Assembly (NCBI GenBank): GCA_010909165.1
Contig: MU008172.1
Location: 496,001 to 560,000, forward strand
Length of the DNA stretch: 64,000 bases
Origin: Anthoceros angustus
Lineage: Eukaryota > Plantae > Anthocerotophyta
Reading direction: 5' to 3'
Each line of letters begins with the position of its first letter. Position 1 is the first letter of the stretch. The position numbers and the translations under genes are program-made. Of the stretch, positions 49,948-62,716 are shown in pieces. The notes below the pieces were generated by a model. That model saw only the letters and a list, made by a program, of their open reading frames with translations. It searched no databases and was not told the origin of the DNA.

Positions 49948-50640
49948 ATGGCGCCCGGCGACGGCAGCAGCAGGAGCTCAGATTGCGGGGAATCGTCCTC
50001 GGGGCGGGGATGGGACCCGGCGCTGAAGGAGGTCCTGGCGGAGGTGCGAGATGTGTTCGAGCTCGCGACTCAGATGGCCGGGAAGTGGAACGAGGAGTAC
50101 GCCCGCACCTGGCACGAGGCCGACAAGCTCGGACACTGCGAGAAGCGATGCCGCGGCTCCCAGGACTGCGTGTTGCGCGAAGTGAGGCTCACCGCGGCGA
50201 GGGCCAGGGACCGGCACAGGACGGCCCTGAGATTCGCCTCGCTGCTCATGTCCTTCACCGTGCAAGGCGCGCACAGTCTGAGGCCCAATCTGCACCAATT
50301 GAAGCACCTGCTGCGGGAGCTGCTCCGCGGGAACGACATCCCGGGAAGCGATTTCTTCTCACAAGAAGGCAGGAGAGGGCCGGTTCGGCGGCTGTGGCTC
50401 ACGCTCCAGGTTTTGCCTGCGCCGGAGATTCCGCTGCCGTCCTTTCCTTCCTTGTTCGCCGACGAGGATATGGCCGACAGCGATGCCGGGGGGGTTTTGG
50501 CTGTGACGCGGGTTGATGGGCCCTGCCGCTGCAGGGGCAAGAGGAAACGTGGCCTTGGCCTTGACGCTGAGCCTCCTGTCACCACGCTGAATGCGCGGTC
50601 GAATTCGTTGGGTTCATGTTCAGGAAGTCCCGGATGCTGA
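49948..50640 (+). CDS. Hypothetical 230-aa single-exon protein
   Basis: ATG in gccATGG context and a GC-rich open frame to the stop at 50640. Contains a basic RGKRKR patch. Divergent from the RER gene. Confidence 0.5.
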   Translation: MAPGDGSSRSSDCGESSSGRGWDPALKEVLAEVRDVFELATQMAGKWNEEYARTWHEADKLGHCEKRCRGSQDCVLREVRLTAARARDRHRTALRFASLLMSFTVQGAHSLRPNLHQLKHLLRELLRGNDIPGSDFFSQEGRRGPVRRLWLTLQVLPAPEIPLPSFPSLFADEDMADSDAGGVLAVTRVDGPCRCRGKRKRGLGLDAEPPVTTLNARSNSLGSCSGSPGC

Positions 50641-51585
50641 GCTTGGACATGGGGAGCTTACTCTGCTCTACTATGGCTGCCGCCGGCCGAAATTTGGCGG
50701 TCCGAGTGAAGGGAAAGTTTGAAGAAGCCCAATCCAGTTCAAGCGGCACCGCATGTAATTAGACAACCATTTTGAACAGCGAGGGACACGTCTTTCCGAG
50801 GGGAGGATTAGAATAACTAGTGGGACGTAAAACATTTTTACTCGCACGGTAGCGACTGCTGTTAGTTCGGTAATTAATATGTAGGCCATTCAATCTCCTA
50901 TTATATAATTTGTAGGCCTTTTAATCTCCTAGTTATGACATCGTAGGCCCTGTAGGTGACTTCAGACATGAAGCATCCTTGATGGGTTCATCTATCTCCT
51001 CTTTCCTTGATAAAAACGGAACATCAGTCCTAAAACAAGGTACGTAGTGCGTCAGCAAATGGAGGGAATTCGAAACTGGCATTTGAGCCGACTCATCAGC
51101 CGGCGATGGGAGCGGGTCAGGTCAGGATCTGACTCGAAGTTTCACGCACTGCACGATACTCGAAGGCCAAGTTCTGCAGTTTCCGAGCACGGCTTTAACG
51201 CGGCATGAGCTCAAGATAGAGTGTTCGACTCGGTCTCTCCACCTCCGCCCAACTCATCTCCGTGTCCGTGTTGCTTTCTACATTCTACATAAGCTCAGTG
51301 GGCGCCATCTCCTCCTCTCATCAGTCCAGTCCTCTCCGCACCGCCACACCTTCCTCCAGTGCACCTCCCGTTCTCAACCCAGAACTCTCCGCACCGTCGC
51401 ACCTCAGCCTGGTACGCATCGCTCACGGACTCCAGCGTCTTTTACCCCGACTCAGTCCGCAGCCCTGACCGCACCTCCACACCACTCCGGCTCTCTGTCC
51501 TTGACGTTGTGCGTCGTCAGGTTGTGTCTGCGCGGCTCTGCCGTAGGAGGGAAGAAGCAGCAGCAGCACAGGGCAAGCGGAAGCC

Positions 51586-52500
51586 ATGGGTTTCAGCAAC
51601 AAGGTCACCGGCTTCATCAACTTTATCGCAGTGTTGGCGTCTATCGGGGTGATCGCAGTCGGAGTGTGGCTGGCCCGGAAGCACACCACGGAGTGTGTCA
51701 AGTTTCTGCAATGGCCCGTCATAGTCCTTGGAGTCTTCATTCTGCTCGTGTCTGTGGCGGGCTTCCTGGGGGCGGCCTGCGGGTCCTCGGTGATGCTGTG
51801 GATATACCTGCTTGTCATGTTCCTCCTCATGCTGCTGCTGTTGGCCTTCACCGTCTTCGCCTTCGTGGTGACCAACAAAGGGGCGGGCCAGTTCTTGGAT
51901 GACCGAGGCTACAAGCAGTACCGGCTGCAGGACTACTCCTCCTGGCTGCAGAAGGAAGTGAACGACAGCAGCAACTGGAGGAAAATCAAGAGCTGTATTC
52001 AGGATGCCAACGTCTGCGGGGGCTTTACCGACAAGTACCGCAGCCTGGACGACTTCGCCTCTTCCAAGCTTTCTGCCGTTCAGGTTGGCATTCCTTTCAC
52101 CTCTTCTCCCTGTCTCTGCTCCCGCACAGCCTGCCCCAGTGCTTTCATCTCACTGGCTTCGTCGTCTGTGTGCTCTCTTTGCCAGGCCGGCTGCTGCGCT
52201 CCTCCTTCAGAGTGCGGATTCCAGTGGCAGGGGAACAACACGTGGGGTGGTGCCAGTGCTTCCACCAACCCCGACTGTTCCACCTGGAGTAACGATGTCA
52301 CAACGCTCTGCTATGACTGCAACTCGTGCCGCGCTGGTGTGCTGTACAACGTCAAACATGACTGGCGCATAGTTGCGGGAGTGAATGTCGCCCTCTTGAT
52401 CATCCTCTTTGTGGTGTACTCTTTTGGATGTTATGCCTACAGAAATGTGCGCAGGGACGGCTACTCGGGTGCCTATGGGAAGCACAGAGCCTACGCATGA
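51586..52500 (+). CDS. TET: Plant tetraspanin (2 exons, intron 52084-52185)
   Basis: Four hydrophobic segments, TECVKFLQWPVIVLG, AFVVTNKGAG, YKQYRLQDYSSWLQ, W.KIKSC, LSAVQ|AGCCAPP (GCCKPP-like motif), LCYDCNSCRAGVL...DWR. Confidence 0.96.
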   Translation: MGFSNKVTGFINFIAVLASIGVIAVGVWLARKHTTECVKFLQWPVIVLGVFILLVSVAGFLGAACGSSVMLWIYLLVMFLLMLLLLAFTVFAFVVTNKGAGQFLDDRGYKQYRLQDYSSWLQKEVNDSSNWRKIKSCIQDANVCGGFTDKYRSLDDFASSKLSAVQVGIPFTSSPCLCSRTACPSAFISLASSSVCSLCQAGCCAPPSECGFQWQGNNTWGGASASTNPDCSTWSNDVTTLCYDCNSCRAGVLYNVKHDWRIVAGVNVALLIILFVVYSFGCYAYRNVRRDGYSGAYGKHRAYA

Positions 52501-53212
52501 GGACAGATGCTCTTCCTAATCCTACTGCTTCCACAGGCTTTTCTCTTCAACAGCAACGTCATGGCGTACCATTTTGTTCCCTGGCCACATTCTTCAATTG
52601 TGCTCTCACGACTTATGTTTGTGTGAATTGGAGAGATGTAGCTGTATGACAACAGCATTCCAGAGACGATTGCATTTTGTATCGGAACTTGGAGCGCCTA
52701 TTGTTGCACCACTTAGAAATAGGCTCATACATTTTCCTCCGTGGGAAGTTGGAAGATTCAATTCTTGTATTTAAAACGGCTTCTCTTCTGACCACTTGTC
52801 AGCGTTCTCCAGTGCACAAATGGATCTACCTGCTAGCTTGTATGAGAGAAGCAATTGCCTTGGAAAATGTGCATTCTCGAGATTGGGAATCCTCTCAGCA
52901 GGTAAGGAGGTTTCGAGGCCTCGTTTCCAACAAAACACCGTGCAAAAATGACCTTACGCTGACTTAACTCCCTTATCACCAGTCGACGTATACACACATA
53001 CACCCTTCGTAAGCCATCCGTAAGTTTACGTAACGGCAGGTTAGGACGCTTGATAAATCACGTTGTGAAGTGCAACCTGTCGAGAATCCATTTTACTTAA
53101 CGCTGATAATCCCTTGCCAGCGCTGGCGTAGCCTGTGTGTGCAGCTGCTCCATTCCCTTTGCATATTTCGTTGCCAGCCATTCCAAAAATTGGTGCAGTT
53201 TCCACCACTCCG

Positions 53213-55458
53213 TCACTGCACCCAAGCTTTAATCGTGCCCTCAGACTTCTCCACCCTGGCTGCTCGGCCGATGGGCCCTATGGCTTCTCCAAAAAGGGTC
53301 CTCAGTGTCAGCCTGTGGCAAGGCTCACAGTAACAGAAGAAGGAAAAATGTCCCTCGCTTTCCAACTTGTGAAGGTGCACCTGTGGAAGCATTCTCTTGG
53401 CAAAGTCGTTCATAGCTGCTGGAACCATACGGTCATCTGTCCCCTGAAAAGCGAAGAGACAACACCCTCAGAACTGAAAGGAGATAACCTCGAGACAGGA
53501 TGATAAGGTGATGGCATGGCGAAGATGAGATGCACACCTGCCAGATGTGAACTGGGAATGAGAAAGTTTCCACCTCCTTCGCTTTATAGATACCAAACCA
53601 CCTCTGCAGAAAACCTTGATTGCGGGATGATCCATGAAACAACTCCGAGATAGAAAACCCCCAATCCTTAGCATACAGAATTATTTCTTCCACGTGGCTT
53701 GCATCACCCTGTCTTAGAGACTCCTTCAGATCCTGCTCCCAGCTTGACGCAAACTTGGGGTGCTCAATCAGAGCTCGATCCTGTACGCAAGGTGTAAATG
53801 TCGTGACAGTTCAACATGTAAAAGGAGGACATGAGGGCATTCCAGGCATGGGGCAATCATCTGGTATCACAGCGTACCTTAGCACCTAAGGTTCCCTGCA
53901 AGGCCCTCATAATGCGCTCCGGCTTGCTGCTGGTCCGCAATCTTCTCAGGGCGAGAGGCACAAACGATGGAATGCGGCGAGCAAGCGTGAACAAGAGCTG
54001 CCTCTGGAAGGTCCATGCGCTCCAGATATTGTGCTGTTCATCTTTCGTCATATTCGCGGCAAAAGGATTCCCCATCGGTGCGAACATCGCCACACCTGCA
54101 AATCGACACTCAGGGTTGAAGTATTGTGGTGAAGTGAGCCGTATAACTAATCCACATTCTTCTGGGGAGACCACGTACCAGCCAACCTCTCAGGGATGTA
54201 CTTGATTGCAGCCCAGGCATGCGGCCCTCCACCTGCATACCCAAGCACCCAGAACTTGTGCCCGAGTTTCAAGAGATCCGCAACATGCACCATATCCTGT
54301 GCAGACGTGTTGAAACTCCTGCCTGGATGAGGGTCGCTCTGCCCGTGCCCTGGCCTGTCGTAGGACACAATGCGCACCCCGAATTCTTCAAGCATCCTGG
54401 GATCGATCCCGGGAATCCCTGTGACCACAAGAACACGGCCTCTCAGGCACCGCAATCCCTCCCTCCCTGCCTGCATTGCAATACCAAACTAGTACCTACC
54501 CGCAATTCGAGATGACATGAAGTCATGCACCACAAGTATCTGATGCCGTGCCTCCTCCGCAGGCACGCCCTCCTCCCGGTACGCGATGTACCGCCCGTCA
54601 GGCAAGCGTATTCGAAGAGCCGGACTGTCCGACACCGGGCCCGCTTTCGGATTCCACGACCGCAGCTTCCCAACACCTGCGCACAACACCGACACACAAA
54701 GGGGCTCAATCAGCACCCCAGCTCAAGAGCGTGCGTGCGCGCCTACACCCACACTGCGTTGCACAGTCACAACCTGCGAACACGATCACCACAATGAGCA
54801 GACTGGCGCTGAAGAGATAGAGCGGATTGATCCCCCCTTCCTTCAATCTGTCCCTGAACGCCTCCGCCTCCTCCCAGCAGGCGTCCCAGGCGTACTCCGC
54901 CCTGTCCAGAACCTCCCCCTTCCATTCCTCCGTCTTCTCAGCCCAGAACTCCTTATCCTGCATTCGAGCCCAATAGCTGCTCTCCTGCAGGCGGGCCTTG
55001 AGGCTGTCAGCCCCGTCCTGGTAGAGCGCGGAGAGCGTCTGGATGCTGGAGTGCAGCGCCCTCTGCAGCGAATTGCAGCTGCTCTCCCAGTGCGTCTGGA
55101 GCTCGGTCTGGAGCGTCCGTATCTTCACGCCCAAATCCTCAGCCGCCTCGGCCCCGGCCCCGGCCCCGGCCCCGGCAGCATCCGAGCCTCCTTCAGCCCG
55201 GTCGGCGCCGGACCCCCGGGGCTCTGGAGGTGGTGCAGGCGCCACCTTGTCGTCGTCATAAACCGGTGCGGAATCGGAATCCTTCCCGCCAACCAATTCG
55301 GGCTCCTCCTCCTCCTCATCCTCCATCTCCCTCTCCTTCTCCCTCTCCTTCTCCTTCTCCTTCTCCTTCTCCTGCTCCTGCTCCTCCTCCTCCTCCTTCA
55401 CCTGCTCCTTCACATCGGACTCGGGCCTGTCCGCAGCATTATCAGGAGCGGACGCCAT
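53213..55458 (-). CDS. Alpha/beta-hydrolase fold protein with acidic N-terminal extension and a predicted membrane anchor, multi-exon
   Basis: RIRLPDGRYIAYREEGV, GIPGI...EFGVRIVSYDRPGHGQSDPHPGR, FWVLGYAGGGPHAWAAIKYIPERLAG, DWGFS, PVHIWQGTDDRMVP, EGHFSFFCYCEPCHR. Confidence 0.92.
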
Positions 55459-56231
55459 GGCGAAGAAGGCGAGCGAGGGCAACTACAGCGGCAGTTCAAA
55501 CAAGGCAGATGCTCGCCTCCTGTCCGGCACTGTCACCCCTTGCAATCGCAGTGAATAATGAGAGAGCTAGCAAACCATGCTGCAGCTGCCGTACAATCGG
55601 GTGAGAGTCTCACACGCAATTGGCAGCTCCGGCGGCGCGTGCACACAGGATGATTCGATCCAGTCTAGTGTGGAGAAGGGGAAGCAACTCGCAGCGACAG
55701 CGTTTCCGGGAGGGAAGCCGACGCCGGAGCCGGAGCCGGAGCTTCAACTGTACCGCACTCTCGTACGGACGCGTCATCAATGCCATTGTTTGAGTTGCCG
55801 GAGAAACTGCAGTGTCTGAATGTATGCGTTTCCTATTCGTCACTCCTGTACGCTACCTTTCCACCCTTTCACCCGGGGTGGATTGGATTCGAATCGAAGA
55901 AGCCCGCGCCAGGAAACGGATTAAGGCTATTTAAAGAACCTAGACAGACGTTGAAGTATATTACGTACATTAAACGCGACATTGCCCAGGCAACGCCTTG
56001 AAGTCGAGTGGAGACGAGACTTGGGGAGATGAAAAGCAGCAGCTCCTTTATTCCGACTGTGTGCAGGTACCGCAGTCGAGTAACCAAGTGATCATGAGTG
56101 ACCATTACACCAAAGCCGCCACAGTTGAACCAATCCGCCACAATGGCCACGGATCCAAGACAAAGTCGTGAACTGCTTGAAAGAATACAACCTACATGAA
56201 TCTCACTGCCATCGTATGGCACTGATACAGA

Positions 56232-59100
56232 TTACAATACTTGTGAAGCCTTCCCGTAGTACCTGTTGATGAACGGAGACTGCAACCACCACGCAAAACC
56301 CAATCCAGGTGCCTCAGGCGTTAAGTCCAGTTCACCCAAACCTTTGCTCTAAAACCAAAACGACAGAGCAATGTGCGAACAGCTTATTCAGACCTTGACA
56401 GAAGAAATGTCAGGAGCGTTGGGATTAGCAACGGGATAAAACTTAAAGAACTGCATATTTTTTAAAGCATTCTTGGTCTCTTCACTCATTTCCTCTATGG
56501 CTTTTTTCCTTGCTTCTCTGGCCTGAGTTCCAGTAAAACCCACTTGTTATAAATCTGCCTGAAAAACTTCAATGCTCCAGAAAACAGCTGAATTTGAATG
56601 CACGTTACCTCGCGATTCTTCCTCTTTTCTTCCTTCACCCTGTCCTTTACAAAATTCTGAAAACGGTCCACCCCAAAACCAATATCAAGAAAACAAGCCA
56701 AAATTACTGGTAAAACTACAGGAACTACACTACCCGATTACCCCGTAACTGCCCTGAAATACCTGGAATTTAACTTTTTCTTCCTCAGGGAGAGCCTCGT
56801 CCTGTATTAAGTTCTGTGTAAACTCCTGCAAAACGAAATAAAACCTACTCAAGACCACCAGTCCGAACCTCACCCACACTCTCTAACTTAGCATAAAACT
56901 AGGACTATGCCAGAGCATGCTATGAAAGACGCCACTGAATATCCTACGATCTGGATACAAGGCCCATACCTCAACTTCGTCGAATTCCCAATCAAAATCT
57001 GTAACTATCTGGCATAATGGGAACCAATGCACACTGTCAGCAAGCAGCAACACTGATAGAATGCAAAACTTCCCAGATCTAGATAACTAAGACTCATGAC
57101 ATGCACCTGCCTAGAGACAGCATAAAATTGAAGGCAAATACATAGGGGGAAAATAGTCACCGGAGGTTTATCATCCTCAAATGGGTACATGATGGAAACT
57201 GAGGTCTCCTGTTGTAAATCTTCTTCCTTGAGAGGTTGATACAGATCTACAAAACAGCGGGGACAGAAAATAATAATAATAATAATAATAAGTGTAGCTC
57301 AGACTTAAATGGATTTAAGACTGAGCTACCTTACCAACTGATTCAAGAATACTATCTACCATGAAATCACACGAAGCTTTAGCTATCACTTACATCCATC
57401 CTACACCATAAAGATCGGACTTACAGGGTAGGCAGTACTCATACTTCTTGATCCGCTCCTGCTTCAACTGTTTCAAGGCTGCTCTGTTAGCAACAACCGA
57501 CATGACCTCAGTTTCAATCACCACCAAAGTCTGATATCACTAGAAAAAAATCCCTCAGCAAACCACAAGAATCAAGCACCGAGAAAGAAAAAGCAGAAAA
57601 ATACCTCCTCTGAGTGCACTTTAGAGTGTATATTTGACTTTGATAGCGTTCCAGAGAGGTATGACTGCAAGTATTATCCACATTGGAGCCAGCTGACTAC
57701 CATCAACATGCAGAAAGAAGAAAATAGATAAGAGCCATAGGTATGGACATACCTGTGGATTTCCTCAGGGACAAATGGTACCCAATCCATCTTCATCTCC
57801 CTCATTGGTACAATTGTCTCCCCCTCCATTTGGACAGACTTTATTCCAATTTTATCAGAGGGTGGGAAAGGTGAAGTAACCTACATCATATGCAAAACAG
57901 ATCAGCTGCCCGACAAGACTCCACACTATCAGTTACTGAAAGCCACCTTCAGCCAAAGCTGGTGAAAGTAAAGGCTGGTGCAGAAAGACCACAACGGCTT
58001 TGAAGTCATAACTAACTAAGTTTACTTGAGCACTGACAATTTGACAAGCAATGCACCAAGGTAGCTTGAAACGCATGAAACTTTCAACAAACAATCACAT
58101 GCCTGAATACAAAAGATGGTCAGTCCAGTAAAAGCATTTGATGCCATAGAATGTGTTCCTCACTTACTGCTACTACAGCAGGAATGTGGATGACCCTGGA
58201 CTTGTCCTTGAAAGGCACCAATTGTGCTGCACTCAAAACAGCTCACACAATGAGTACCAGCTGTTGCTTTGAGATACGCGACCAGAGGCACGCCAGGAAA
58301 TCACCAAAACATTGCCAGCAGCTTACGTTCTGTGCATCCAAAAAGATAAACCCTCTTGTCATACAATATCCCCCCCTCTTCAAAAGCTTCCTGTGCAGCA
58401 AAGAGGGTAACCCTTAGAGACACCTTCGGTGATACATCAACCGGCAGAAACCATAATGCAAAACGAACTTACTTCAAGGTTTGAGAAGTCCCAATCTATT
58501 TCGTAAACACGCTCATACTGATCCCACTGTAAACACCAGATACCAATGCTAACATGTCAGCCAAAGAACGGACTGAAGACTAAATTCGATTCAACAGCAG
58601 TTGCTACCGAAATATGTACAAACACACGGAGACGAGTACCTCGGTGCCGACGGGGAAAGCCTCTTTCCATAAATCCCCCTGAATGGAAAAAGAGTTAGAT
58701 TTTGCCGCATGCGACAGATTGGAACGGCGACAGAAACAGCCAACAATTCGATTCAGATGCAGAATCCGGTATGCAAGCATCGCAACAGCAAGGCAAACAC
58801 AATGTCCGCGTCACTGACAAGCGGAGAGAGCATGAATCAAGCCCTGCAGCAGCGCCAAAGCGGTTGCGCAACATGGAATTCATCCTCCTTCACCCGTGGC
58901 CTGAACGGAACGGGAATTCTAACATTGAATTGAGCAGGCAAGGCATTGAGAACGCGAGAATGAAGGTAGCTGACCATGGTGCCGTCGGAGGCCGAGCTGG
59001 GGCCGACAACCGGGCCGGGGCCGGGCTCCGGGCCTGCCCCGGACGACGAAGGCTCCGCAGCTTCGCGGGGCCGTTTCCTGCTACCCTTGGGTCTGGGCAT
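56232..59100 (-). CDS. HIT4: HEAT INTOLERANT 4-like protein, multi-exon
   Basis: Exon fragments MPRPKGSRKRPRE..., GDLWKEAFPVGTE|WDQYERVYEIDWDFSNLE, SPFPPSDKIGIKSVQMEGETIVPMREMKMDWVPFVP, SPFINRYYGKASQVL*. Confidence 0.93.
57269..57291. repeat. (AAT)7 microsatellite in a HIT4 intron
   Basis: aataataataataataataataa. Confidence 0.9.
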
Positions 59101-60536
59101 CGACAGGTGTGAGAGTCTACGCCAATCTCTGCAGAAGGCGGAGAAGGCTGCTGTATGCCAATCAGAGAGGAGCAGCAACAGCGGGCGGGCCGGGAAGGCA
59201 GGCCCTGGCGGCTTCTGAGCTCAAAGGGCTACTCGCGGACTTAGCTTCTGCCTCTTCACCCTGGCCAGGTGCTGCTCTCAGAGTTCAACTCAAATCCACC
59301 ACTTCTCACGGGCATCGAGTCAAAGGCAAACCCTACAACAAGGGCGCCCGAATTCGAAATTGTGGGCGGGTTCACTACCAACACGACGGTCAGTACCTAG
59401 ACTAAGGTAGCCTATACAAATGACTATGTAGTCCGCATCGTGCACACATAGTTATTTAAATGGTCTCAAAAAGTCGAAATAGATTCCCAAAAAATATACC
59501 ACCATATCGGGTAAAGTGTTATACGCTAGGTACAAAGATAGAAAGATATGATTAAAAACTTTTCATCTTCATTTTTTCTCTTCAATTCTTTTTATAATTT
59601 TGATAATTTTAATATTTTTATATCTGTTCAAGATCATGTATTAAGGCTTATTTGCCACGGCCAGCTATCGCCGTGAGCCGGTAGTGAAGAAGCGACTCAG
59701 GGCTGGACACGATCGGGGCGTCCGGATGAGGTGCGGCATCGAGTAATGGCCGTGAGCGAACGCGTGGGCATGCCTAGGACATAGCCGCTAGAGCTAGACA
59801 AAACAAGGTTAGAACTAGAGGTTGGTGGCGGATTAAGCTAACTCAGCTTAGTCACTAACCCATCCGGTGAATTAGAGTTAGCTCGGGTAAAGCGGTGAAC
59901 CGGGGCAGAAGTACAAACCAGTGCTCCGAGCTCTTTCGATTCTGCGAGCTTCTTCACTTCTGGTGGTCGGACCCCCAAGCTCGTGAGATGTCTAGGCGCA
60001 TCTCTGCTTACATCTGGTATCAGAGCCGATCGATCAGGCAGGAGACATGACTCCAAGAGATCGCCAGATCTTTGATTGGATTTGTGCCTACAGGTACGGA
60101 AGCTCACGACGGACGATGCAGGAGTGGGGAGTGATCACCGGAGCAGGAGCGTGGTCATTCTGGGCAAGCCTCTGGACAGAAAGTGTCTTGATTCTCCGTT
60201 GGCTCGGGATCTGGTGGGAATCCCACGGTAATTTCGAGGGGGCAGAGGCCTTCGTCAGAGAGCGGATGTCAAGGCGGGATCCTTACCCCTAGGAGAAAGG
60301 AAGATGGGGAGTGCACTGGGGAAGTGCCAGAAAAAAGAAGGCAAGAAGCAGAGCCACTTGGGCAGGGCAAGAAAGATCGCAGTGGGCGGCCGGTGGGCGG
60401 GAAGGATCAAACGGAAAGGCGAGCGAGCCATGCCGTTCGGGTGGGCGAGCGCTCCCACCATGGTGCAAAAATGTGTGATAACTGCGATGGTAGAGAAAGA
60501 GGAGAAACCGCACCAAGGCCAGAGGATTTGAGCTTA

Positions 60537-60800
60537 AGGAGACTTGTCACCTTGCGATCGTGGTCTTGGACCCAAGACGATGCAAGAGGCGTTCGGCCTT
60601 CAAGTTCTTGTCACCTTGCGATCGTGAGGTCTTGGACCCAAGAGCGATGCAAGAGGCGTTCGGCCTTCAAGTTCTTGTCACCTTAGTCGTGAGGTCTTGG
60701 ACCCAAGACGATGCAAGAGGCGTTCTGACGCTTCAAGTTCTTGTCACCTTGTAGTCGTGAGGTCTTGGACCCAGGACGATGCAAGAGGCGTTTTGTGTCA
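60537..60800. repeat. About 58-bp tandem repeat in the gypsy leader, about 4.5 copies
   Basis: cttgtcaccttgcgatcgtgaggtcttggacccaagacgatgcaagaggcgttcggccttcaagtt repeated. Confidence 0.92.
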
Positions 60801-61690
60801 CAAGTCGAGATCACGGGACACACTAAACGTAATTGGCGTGTGGTTGAGGGCGTGGGATGTCACTTGTCGTGCTTAAGTGAGTGTTGAAGTTCTGAACACC
60901 GGCGAATGCGTGGTTAAGCAAGCGATCGAAACTTGCAATCTCGGGTGCACGGCACAACGAGTCAAGTTGGCGTCGTGTGATGATCATCTTTGTAGTTTCA
61001 AAGACCGAGAGGATTTCCAACTAGTCGCAAATACGAGCGTGAGCGATGAGCAGATACATCTTGAGATCGGTGAACTTGACGTATCGGTACTCACATGGGC
61101 TCGCACCCTTCTAGTCCAAAGGAAGGTCTACAAGGCAGCAATCAGCAGCACCCCGTTGGAAGCACTTGCGGCGATTGATAGCGATGCCAGGACTGAAGCG
61201 AATCCGCGATCGCACGATGCCGATGGAATTCAATTTCGATTCAATTTGCCTTGTTGCAGGCCATCAGTCCATCATCGCGTGAAGAAGGGTGCAAGGAGAG
61301 CTTAAGTGCACCAAATCGGAATTAAGTGTCGATCGCCATGCTCTAACATTTCAATTCTATTTTATGCAATGGAAGCCGGTGGGATCTCGTCACGGCGAGA
61401 AGCGGGCGGGGCTGCGGCCGATGTGGGCGTCGAGCCAAGCCACGGCCAGTATAGGAGTTAGAGCGAGAGGGGCGTAGCGACCAGGCGGTGTAAGAAAGAA
61501 GCCGGGGCTGACGCGAAAAATCGGCATGCGGGCGCGAACAACACGCTAAGGCGTCGAGAGCAAGAGGAAGGGTGTGAGCGAAGGGAGGAATGAGCACGAA
61601 ACTTGGCGACATGTGATGGAGGAGAATCGTCTGGGCTGGTCTTGAATCGCGGCTTCCGAGTGAGATCCGATTGGGAGAGCAGGCAGCGCA

Positions 61691-62716
61691 GTGCAGGCGC
61701 TCATAGAGGTAGAGGCTCAACATGACGCACCTGCTGCGAGGAGCAAAAAGCAGCATGAGGCGGTTGCGGTGGCGGCACAAATGCGGCGAGCGGACGTTGA
61801 GAGATATGCTCACCCAGGTGCTTCAAAGACCAACCTCAGGACAAGAGAGCCATCGACTAGAAACGGCCTTGCCACAGGTCAACCATGATCATGGAGGAAG
61901 TGATGATCCTGTCCCCAGCAACTTGCAGCCCGCTACTGCAACGACCCCCAGCAGATCTGCTCACCCTACCCAGCCCACGACTGTGTCAACGACAGCTCTT
62001 AAGCATTTCAGAGTTCAAGGTCTGGCACAAGAAGAGCAAGAGGACCCCAAAATAGCGGAAATTGCAAGGAGATTGCAAGTAGCTAGGCATGCAGGCTCGG
62101 ACTCAAGCGGTGGCCGAGCTAGTCGGAAAGCTTGCTTTTGATGAGGGACTGAGCCATCCAGAGCCACGACTTGAGGAAGCGTGCCAAGTTCAAGTTTTGA
62201 GTCGGCATGAGTGCAGCCCGAGCAAGTCATGAGGAGGCATGCATTCTCGACCTACTTGAGCGATGAGTATGACGAGAAAGGAGAAGGTTGATTGCATTAT
62301 ACACTTCCACTTGGCGGGCGTGGTGGGACAACGAAAGGAAGCGACAAAAGAGGAGAGAGCCTACCATCCAATCTTGGGATGTCATGAAGTCCGAGCTGCT
62401 GCAGACCTTTTTGCCCAAGGATCACAAAGAAAGGTGTTGGTCAGCATGGTACGCGTTGAAGCACACGGGAGCACTGGAAGAGTTTCACCTTGCATTCATG
62501 AAGGCAATGTTAAAACTGCCGGATCTCGAGCAAGAAGCAAAATTAGCAAGGTACTGCGATGCGATCAAACCTGAATACAAGCTCGGGATTAAGCAGCAGC
62601 ATTGTAAGACAGTGGAGGAAGCTATGCAAGCAGCCATGGACATCGAGCACTACGGTGTGAAGGCCCACGTACCAGCTGTTTCAGTCTCATTAGCGCCACA
62701 GTGCAATTACTACTGA
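61691..62716 (+). pseudogene. Gypsy gag, frameshifted
   Basis: AWWDNE...IQSWDVMKSELLQTFLPKD...LKHTGALEEFHLAF...KLARYCDAIKPEY, a retrotransposon gag pattern. Confidence 0.8.

Noticed and set aside
54586-55554. 322-aa plus-strand ORF (and the 319-aa ORF at 48851-49810)
   Set aside because: Antisense shadows of GC-rich first exons of the hydrolase and RER genes.
60537-60800. Regular repeats here and at 15607-16135 or 37046-37205 as CRISPR arrays
   Set aside because: Units are contiguous with no unique spacers, there are no cas genes, and the context is eukaryotic.
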